The notes under the pieces: generated by a model
The model's input: the letters and a program-made list of their open reading frames with translations, nothing else
The model's database searches: none
Told to the model about the DNA's origin: nothing
Program-made: the position numbers and the translations under genes
Part shown: in pieces, positions 57,423 through 64,000 of the stretch
How positions within the stretch are numbered: the first letter of the stretch is position 1
Layout: the number at the start of each line of letters is the position of its first letter
NCBI GenBank assembly: GCA_005223125.1
Contig: NJBH01000012.1
Coordinates: 1-64,000 of the forward strand
Length of the DNA: 64,000 nucleotides
Source of the DNA: Promethearchaeota archaeon Loki_b32
GTDB lineage: Archaea > Asgardarchaeota > Lokiarchaeia > Sigyniarchaeales > SOKP01
Reading direction: 5' to 3'

Positions 57423-59966
57423 TTAAAAAAGATCATCATCAAGATCCTCATTACCTTCTGGGAATCTTCCGAATTCTAGCATGAATTGTTGAAGTAATTC
57501 ACTCTCTCTTTTTGTGTACATCGGATCTTCATCATAATCAAAATAACAAGCTTTCGAATTTGTTAACAATTGTTCTTCCAATCCTAAACGTAAATTAGGG
57601 GTTCCTTGTATTAAGATTATTTCTTGATTCTCATTTAAGATTTGAATAGCACCCTCAGTTTCGGGTACATTTTGTATATTTTCAGAAGTTAGTTCTATCC
57701 ATTTTTGAGGCGGGAGTTCTACAGCTGAGATTTCAAAACGTAAATCACATCTTAAACATCTATTAGCTTCTTCTAGAGCTAAATTTTCATCAAAACCCAG
57801 TTCAATTTCACTAAAACTACTTTGGCGTTCTTTTAGTGATAAGAGTGGCATTTGTACACGTGGTTTATCATAAAAACTTTCATCACGTCCCAACCAAGGG
57901 TTTGGAGTATCAGGTTCAACAAATAAATCTTCTATTTCGCAATTTCCTCCTAAATATCTATCAATTGAAGAAGCAGCCTTTCGTCCCATTTCAATTGCAT
58001 CTACTATAGAACTAGGACTACTTGTAACTTCACCACCAGCAAATATACCCGGAATATTCGTCTCTAATGTTCTCTCTTTTGTTTGAATTAATCCTCCGGT
58101 GGAAATTTTGATTTGACTTTCACTTCCTAAAAGAGATAAATCAGGGATTTGCCCTATAGCCATTATTACCATTTCGGTTTTAATAGATTTTGTATTGGTT
58201 TCGTCAAATATGGGACTAAATAAGTTATTAACATCAAATACCGAATCACAATGGATAAGTTCAATTTCAGAGACCTCACCATTCGAGTCAATAACCCTTT
58301 TCGGTCCCCATGAACAATTAAGCGTGATGCCTTCGTCTATCGCTTTCTGAATCTCCCATTCATGTGCTGGCATGTCTTCTCTGCACTCTAGGCAAGCCAA
58401 TTGTACCTCTTTAGCTCCTAATCTTTTAGCTGTTAAAGCTACATCAACAGCTACATTACCTCCACCGATCACAATGACATTATCGGTTACCTTAACTTCT
58501 TCACCAAGATTAACTTTTTTAAGAAAATCTAGACCCCAGAGGATATTTTGTAAATTGGAACCCTCTACATTAAGCTTTTTAGTATTTTGAGCACCAATCG
58601 CCAAAAAAGTAGCATCAAAACCCTTTTCAACTAAATCATCAAGTGTTAAGTGTTCTCCTATAACCTTATCTGTTTGAATATCAATTCCCAGGCTTAATAT
58701 ATAGTCAAGATCTTTTTGAAGGACGGTTCTTGGTAATCGATATTCAGGAATTCCTACTCTTAACATACCTCCTATATAGGAATTAGTTTCAAAAACAGTA
58801 ACCAAATGTCCAAGTCTTCTCAAATAATATGCTACTGTGAGACCTGAAGGACCAGAGCCTACTACAGCTATCTTTTTCCCTGTTGAAGAACCTATTTTTA
58901 ATTTAGGTTTCCATAATTCATTATCATAATCCATTGCAAAACGTTTTAGTGCACAGATAGCAATAGGATCATTAAGTTGGTTTCGACGGCATTCAAGTTC
59001 ACAATCATGAAAACAAACTCTTCCTAGAACTGAAGGAAATGGCGTTTTTTCTCGGACGACTGCTGCTGCTTCAGCATACTTTTTCTCTGAAATGAATCGA
59101 ATATATCGTGGTACATTAATGCCTAATGGACATGCTTCTCTACAAGGAACAAGCAGTTTTTCACGTTCAGCCCAAAGGATATCTTTATCTGTAAGTGCTC
59201 CTGTTGGACAAACTTCAATACAAGCTCCACAAAATTTACAACCCGATTCCTTGAGTGAAGGTGCAAGACTCCCTACTATGGTTTCTCCATTTGAATAAAC
59301 AAATCCTAACGCTTCGATACCACGAACATCTTTACAAACTCTAACGCATCTAGTACATCCGATACATAACTCGTAATTTCGGATAAAAAGTGGTTCATCT
59401 TCAATAATCACACGTCCTTGGGGTTTATAACGTGAAGTATCTTCTCGAATTCCAATATATTCTGCAACTTTTTGTAATTCGCATCGTCCTATTATTGGAC
59501 AACATCTTTCATCTACGGGAACATTAGGTGAACATGGCTCACGAGGGCAACCTTCGCGTTGCGCACAAATTAAACATGCATGAGGATGCTTTGAAAGTAT
59601 AGTCACCAACTTTTCTCGACGTAAGGCTTGAATCTCTGGTGAATCAGTTGAAATTTTCATCCCTTCTTCTATAATCGTACTACAAGATGTCTGTAATCCT
59701 TCATTTCCTTCTATTTTTACAACACATAGTTGACATCCCTGATGTTCTTGGGGTGAATTACCTGATTTATCATTTTCGAATTTATTTTTTCCTTGGAAAA
59801 CATGATCAGTCGGCTTCAATCCTACCAGAGTCGGTAAATCGGGGTGAGCACAAAGACTAGGGATATAAACTCCTGCTTTTAAAGACGCTTCTAAAATTGT
59901 ACTCCCTTTCTTAGCTTCAACTTTTGTTCCATCAATTGTGATTGTATTTGTTTCCATATTAAACAC
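57423..59966 (-). CDS. bzdV: BzdV-like NAD(P)H:ferredoxin oxidoreductase (2Fe-2S, 4Fe-4S and GltD-like FAD domain)
   Basis: NuoG-like N-terminus, ferredoxin motifs, GSGPSG and GGGNVA Rossmann motifs, EANRCLRC, C-terminal RESELLQQ...DDDLF domain; bzd context. Confidence 0.75.
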   Translation of the reverse strand: MFNMETNTITIDGTKVEAKKGSTILEASLKAGVYIPSLCAHPDLPTLVGLKPTDHVFQGKNKFENDKSGNSPQEHQGCQLCVVKIEGNEGLQTSCSTIIEEGMKISTDSPEIQALRREKLVTILSKHPHACLICAQREGCPREPCSPNVPVDERCCPIIGRCELQKVAEYIGIREDTSRYKPQGRVIIEDEPLFIRNYELCIGCTRCVRVCKDVRGIEALGFVYSNGETIVGSLAPSLKESGCKFCGACIEVCPTGALTDKDILWAEREKLLVPCREACPLGINVPRYIRFISEKKYAEAAAVVREKTPFPSVLGRVCFHDCELECRRNQLNDPIAICALKRFAMDYDNELWKPKLKIGSSTGKKIAVVGSGPSGLTVAYYLRRLGHLVTVFETNSYIGGMLRVGIPEYRLPRTVLQKDLDYILSLGIDIQTDKVIGEHLTLDDLVEKGFDATFLAIGAQNTKKLNVEGSNLQNILWGLDFLKKVNLGEEVKVTDNVIVIGGGNVAVDVALTAKRLGAKEVQLACLECREDMPAHEWEIQKAIDEGITLNCSWGPKRVIDSNGEVSEIELIHCDSVFDVNNLFSPIFDETNTKSIKTEMVIMAIGQIPDLSLLGSESQIKISTGGLIQTKERTLETNIPGIFAGGEVTSSPSSIVDAIEMGRKAASSIDRYLGGNCEIEDLFVEPDTPNPWLGRDESFYDKPRVQMPLLSLKERQSSFSEIELGFDENLALEEANRCLRCDLRFEISAVELPPQKWIELTSENIQNVPETEGAIQILNENQEIILIQGTPNLRLGLEEQLLTNSKACYFDYDEDPMYTKRESELLQQFMLEFGRFPEGNEDLDDDLF

Positions 59967-60200
59967 TCTCTAAATATAATTAACCATAAAATTAATTACT
60001 TTTTTTCCCCATAATATTAATTTTTAATTGTTTCATTTCGTTTCTCGAAAGAACTTCAGTATATAAGGATCAATTTTTACTATTTGATAAGAATTTCGAG
60101 AAAAAAAAGATGAATATTTTCATAAAGAATTATAAGAGTGTAAACACGATTTTATAATAAAACCATACAATCAACTTAATAAATAATGTGAGCTAAACTA

Positions 60201-61604
60201 ATGAACAGATTTTTAGATGAGAATTTTCTTTTACAAACAGAAACGGCAAGGAAACTTTATCACGAGTACGCAGAAAGGATGCCTATTTTTGATTATCATT
60301 GTCATCTACCTGTGAAAGATATTGCTAATGATATCTGTTTTGATAACCTAAGTCAAGCATGGCTAGCTGGAGATCATTATAAATGGCGTTTGATGCGCAG
60401 TAATGGCATAGCTGAGAAATTCTGTACTGGTGATGCTACCGATTATGAAAAATTTGAAAAATGGGCAGAAACAGTTCCATTAGCAATCCGCAATCCATTG
60501 TATCACTGGACTCATTTGGAACTTCAAAGATATTTTAATATAAGTGATTTATTAAGCCCAAAGACATGTAAAAATATTTACGATCATTGTTCAAGGATGC
60601 TTCAATCGCCAGAATTCTCAGTTCGGAATTTACTACTTAAAATGAATGTAAAACTTATCTGTACAACAGATGATCCAATTGATTCTTTGGATTATCATAA
60701 AAAAATTAAGGATGATGGCTTTAGGGTTAAAGTTCTTCCTACTTTCAGACCAGACAAGGCTATGGCTGTAAATAACAGTGCTGGATATAACAATTATATT
60801 TCCAAATTAAGAGGAATCTCTGGAATTGATATAAAAAATTTTACAAGTTTGATGGAAGCATTAGAAATTCGTCATAAATATTTTCATGATAGGGGTTGTC
60901 GAGTTGCCGACCATGGAATCTTGTCTTTCTATGCTGAAAGTTATACAGATGTGGAAATAGAAAAAATAACTAATAAGGTTCTTTTAGGGAGAGAACTATC
61001 TGAGATGGAAATTTCTAAATTTAAATCTGCATTTCTCTATGAAATTGCTAGATTAAATCATAAACGTGGGTGGGTACAACAGTTTCATGTTGGAGCACTT
61101 CGTAATATTAACACTCGATTATTCAACGAACTTGGACCTGATATTGGATGTGATTCGATAGGTGATCGCAACTATGGAGAAGAAATGGCTAGATTTTTAG
61201 ATAAACTTGATCAATCACAAGAGCTTACAAAAACTATACTGTATAATTTGAATCCTCGAGACAATGAATTAATTGCAGCTATGACTGGTAATTTTCAAGA
61301 TGGATCTTTTCCCGGCAAAATGCAATTTGGTCCCAGTTGGTGGTTTTTAGATCAAATTGATGGGATGACCAAACAAATTAATAATCTCTCTAATTTTGGA
61401 TTGTTGGGGCGTTTTATTGGCATGACTACGGATTCTCGAAGCTTTTTATCATTTCCAAGGCATGAATATTTTCGTAGAATATTATGCAATTTGATCGGAG
61501 CGGATGTTGAAAATGGAGAAATTCCCTCTGATATGAACTTAATTGGAGATGTAATTGAAAATATATGTTATAATAATGCGGTTAATTATTTTAAATTATT
61601 GTAG
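60201..61604 (+). CDS. uxaC: Glucuronate (uronate) isomerase
   Basis: DYHCHL, GDHYKWR, NPLYHW, CTTDDP, WWF.D, GMTTDSRSFLS..RHEYFRR. Confidence 0.96.
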   Translation: MNRFLDENFLLQTETARKLYHEYAERMPIFDYHCHLPVKDIANDICFDNLSQAWLAGDHYKWRLMRSNGIAEKFCTGDATDYEKFEKWAETVPLAIRNPLYHWTHLELQRYFNISDLLSPKTCKNIYDHCSRMLQSPEFSVRNLLLKMNVKLICTTDDPIDSLDYHKKIKDDGFRVKVLPTFRPDKAMAVNNSAGYNNYISKLRGISGIDIKNFTSLMEALEIRHKYFHDRGCRVADHGILSFYAESYTDVEIEKITNKVLLGRELSEMEISKFKSAFLYEIARLNHKRGWVQQFHVGALRNINTRLFNELGPDIGCDSIGDRNYGEEMARFLDKLDQSQELTKTILYNLNPRDNELIAAMTGNFQDGSFPGKMQFGPSWWFLDQIDGMTKQINNLSNFGLLGRFIGMTTDSRSFLSFPRHEYFRRILCNLIGADVENGEIPSDMNLIGDVIENICYNNAVNYFKLL

Positions 61605-61649
61605 TTATATCGAATTTAAAAAATAAGTAAAAAAGAAAGGATCTTTATC

Positions 61650-61940
61650 TTACCAAGAATGAGTTATTGCTCCAAGTTCACAGACTTTTACACATGGTAA
61701 TTCTTTTTCTTCACCACTAGGTTTACAAGGAGCACATGAGTACTTTATCTTCTTGCGGTGTTCATCAGAAACGGTTGCAATAATTTCATCACCTAAAGGA
61801 TCTAATTCATCTTCTGCCATTTCAAGAACTCCAGCGGGGCATACTTCTACACATTTACCACATGAATTACATAAATCCGTATCAATAGTAATAAAATATT
61901 CTCCTGAACCATCCTTATAACCATAGTTTGCCTTTGCCAT
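61650..61940 (-). CDS. Ferredoxin associated with benzoyl-CoA reductase (BzdM-like)
   Basis: YGYKDGSG N-terminus, CNSCGKCVEVCP, CAPC...PCVKVC; adjacent to bzdQ. Confidence 0.85.
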   Translation of the reverse strand: MAKANYGYKDGSGEYFITIDTDLCNSCGKCVEVCPAGVLEMAEDELDPLGDEIIATVSDEHRKKIKYSCAPCKPSGEEKELPCVKVCELGAITHSW

Positions 61941-61978
61941 TTATTTCCCTTTATTTTTAATTAATTATTAAAATAAAT

Positions 61979-62866
61979 CTAAGATTTTTTACGTTCTTTT
62001 TCAACAAGAGCTTTAGCAAACAAAGCGGCGCCAATTGCTCCTGCAAGTTGGGGGTCAATACTAGGTTCTGGAGCTTTGAGTTTCAACTCATCTTCGATTC
62101 TCTTTACAACTCCAATATTTTTAGCGATACCTCCAGTTATGGCAAACTTCTCTTCTATTCCAAGTCGTAATAACAGTGTTACAACACGATGTGCCATAGC
62201 TGAACAATATGCTGCTAAGACTTTTTCTTTTGGCCAACCTTTTCTAAGCAATCCAACGGCTTCTGATTTGGCAAATACTACACAAGTACTACTAACTGGT
62301 TCAGGTTCTTCTTCAACCTCTAAGGACATTTTTCCTACATCATTAATGTGTACTTGAAGCAAATCTGCAAAAACTTCCATCCCTCTACCTGTTCCTGCTG
62401 CACATTTGTCATTCATGAGGAAAGCAGTTACTTTACCGCGTTGATCACAGCGTATTGCTTTACAATCTTGACCACCCATATCTAACACAGTCCTTATCTC
62501 AGGACCGTAAATAAAGTTTGCACCTCGTGCATGACAAGCTATTTCTGTAATTGCTCGTTTTGCGAACGAAACATTAACTCTTCCATATCCTGTTCCAACA
62601 ATATATTGAATTTTATCTAAAGATAATCCCGTTCCATCAAGTGCCCAATCCATAGCATTATTAGCGCTATCTGGACTATCACTACCAGTTCGCATACTTG
62701 AATAACAATAAATTTTCCCATCAACCATTATTACTGCTTGGGTACTGACTGAGCCAACGTCTACGCCAGCCGATATAATATCAACATCTTTCCAATTAAG
62801 ATCGGGGTTAGTATAACGTGATTCGGTCCATCTCCAATATTCTTTATTTGATTCTGCATTTGACAT
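61979..62866 (-). CDS. bzdQ: Benzoyl-CoA reductase, bzd-type subunit Q (ASKHA ATPase)
   Basis: EYWRW N-terminus, GVDVGSVS, TGYGR, EIACHARG, DMGGQDCK, NDKCAAGTGR; ATG at 62866 with GGAGG SD. Confidence 0.85.
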   Translation of the reverse strand: MSNAESNKEYWRWTESRYTNPDLNWKDVDIISAGVDVGSVSTQAVIMVDGKIYCYSSMRTGSDSPDSANNAMDWALDGTGLSLDKIQYIVGTGYGRVNVSFAKRAITEIACHARGANFIYGPEIRTVLDMGGQDCKAIRCDQRGKVTAFLMNDKCAAGTGRGMEVFADLLQVHINDVGKMSLEVEEEPEPVSSTCVVFAKSEAVGLLRKGWPKEKVLAAYCSAMAHRVVTLLLRLGIEEKFAITGGIAKNIGVVKRIEDELKLKAPEPSIDPQLAGAIGAALFAKALVEKERKKS

Positions 62867-62867
62867 A

Positions 62868-63656
62868 TTAATAACCTCCAATTTTATCTTGCGCTACAAG
62901 CGCAGCTCCTAAAGCACTCACATATTCTGGAGCTACCCCATCTTTTGGTACTAAGAGCCCAAAACCTAAGTTTCTGTTCATTGAATCAACAAATCCAATA
63001 TTATTCGCAACTCCGCCTATCAATGCGACATCTTTCTCAATACCTATTTGACGTACCATACTCGTGTTTCTATCCGCAATTGCGTCATGAACAGCTCGAA
63101 TAATGTCTTCTTTAAGAGTTTTTTGGTGAATTAAGGACACTACCTCTGATTCTGCAAAAATTGTACATTGTGCGTTTATAGGAATTTGTTTTGCTGATTT
63201 TAAAGATAATTCTCCCATATTTTCGATATCTACTTCTAATGCTCTTGACATAGCTTCTATAAATGCACCTGCTCCCGCCGCACATTTTTCATTTATTCCA
63301 AAATCTTTAACTTTTCCTTTATCATCGATTTTTATTACTAATCCTTCTTCTGCTCCGATATCAATTATAGTACGAGCTGAAGGGAAGATAGAATAAGTAC
63401 CCCGAGCATCTGCCGTTATCGTAGTGATTGTATTATGGGAAAACTTAATTGCTTCCATCCCTGCTCCTGTAGCAGTAATATGTTCAATTTCTTCACGTTT
63501 AATTCCTGCTTTTTCTAGAGCACTCTTTAATGCTTGTTCTGCTGATTCTTCTTGGTCAAAACCACTTAATACAGAAGCTGTTGATAAAACAACACCTTCT
63601 TTTACAATACATACTTTTGTATTTTTTGAGCCACAATCAATTCCAGCTGTTATCAT
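62868..63656 (-). CDS. bzdP: Benzoyl-CoA reductase, bzd-type subunit P (ASKHA ATPase)
   Basis: MITAGIDCGS, ATGAG, DIGAEEG, NEKCAAGAG, QCTIFAESE. Confidence 0.82.
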   Translation of the reverse strand: MITAGIDCGSKNTKVCIVKEGVVLSTASVLSGFDQEESAEQALKSALEKAGIKREEIEHITATGAGMEAIKFSHNTITTITADARGTYSIFPSARTIIDIGAEEGLVIKIDDKGKVKDFGINEKCAAGAGAFIEAMSRALEVDIENMGELSLKSAKQIPINAQCTIFAESEVVSLIHQKTLKEDIIRAVHDAIADRNTSMVRQIGIEKDVALIGGVANNIGFVDSMNRNLGFGLLVPKDGVAPEYVSALGAALVAQDKIGGY

Positions 63657-63703
63657 ATTAAACCATTTTTCATTTTTTGTTTTAAATCATTATTTTTTTA
63701 AAT

Positions 63704-64000
63704 TTAATTATTAACATCATTGAATTTTAATCGATTTAGCAAGAGGACTAATATTAAATCGAAAATCATTAAAATTGGGATAGGAAAGATTATAACAAAT
63801 AAATTATCTCCATCTGAATTCCTAATAAATATTCTAGGTATAGATAATACTAAAGGAACTATCTCACTAATAATACCAATTAAAAAAAATTGTATTTTAT
63901 TATATTTACCAACAATTAGTAGTAAAACATATATTACAAAGACAAGTCTAAAAAAAACAAATTCAAAATAATAAAGAAATGCACTGAAAAATCTTACTGA
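63704..64000 (-). CDS. Membrane protein, C-terminal part (gene starts beyond the window)
   Basis: Open hydrophobic frame from the window edge (SVRFFSAFLYY...IFPIPILMIFDLILVLLLNRLKFNDVNN*) to TAA at 63704-63706. Confidence 0.65.
   Translation of the reverse strand, partial: SVRFFSAFLYYFEFVFFRLVFVIYVLLLIVGKYNKIQFFLIGIISEIVPLVLSIPRIFIRNSDGDNLFVIIFPIPILMIFDLILVLLLNRLKFNDVNN

Noticed and set aside
45187-63656. Selenocysteine (in-frame TGA) in the redox genes, given known Sec use in Lokiarchaea
   Set aside because: The HdrD-like, Etf, BzdV, ferredoxin and BzdPQ frames are complete without internal TGA; no convincing SECIS-like element found
112-63971. Many short ORFs in the supplied track overlapping long genes (e.g. 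112-381, 1560-1790, 16096-16449, 28752-29090, 32187-32540, 36798-37163, 56388-56687, 62076-62357, 63720-63971)
   Set aside because: Antisense or off-frame shadows of well-supported genes; no motifs
1-64000. tRNA, rRNA, CRISPR arrays, integrases/transposases
   Set aside because: No GC-rich cloverleaf or rRNA-like segments, no regularly spaced repeats, and no recombinase motifs seen by eye; tRNAscan-SE/Infernal would be needed to exclude small RNAs formally

Overview
AT-rich archaeal chromosome segment, most likely Asgard archaea (Lokiarchaeia/Promethearchaeota-like). That assignment is inferred from archaeal uS15/eS1, longin/roadblock proteins, a ubiquitin-like protein and a short histone. 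From left to right it carries: a sugar ABC transporter operon; a decayed region with a larC remnant next to a His-insert nikR; a short alpha3-type histone; an internally deleted GH2 beta-glucuronidase; housekeeping genes (hddA-like kinase, rubrerythrin, radical SAM, sirtuin, glmU, rps15/rps3ae, rdgB); a ~16 kb five-gene operon; RNase III; an N-ribbon-only RpoM/TFS paralog; lipid/ester-related genes; two HEPN-MNT modules flanking a UbiA gene; a standalone ubiquitin-like protein without diglycine; an Acd-EtfBA(Fd) unit; and part of a bzd-type benzoyl-CoA reductase cluster (bzdP, bzdQ, ferredoxin, bzdV) interrupted by an inverted uxaC. The five-gene operon encodes a LolD/MacB-type ATPase with a PCI-like tail, two FtsX-type permeases, a 1318-aa Ig-repeat surface glycoprotein and a 1591-aa membrane-anchored subtilase with a cytoplasmic zinc-ribbon tail. 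It is the best candidate for an undescribed system. No rRNA, tRNA, CRISPR array or intact transposase was recognised. All calls come from motif recognition by eye; no searches were run.
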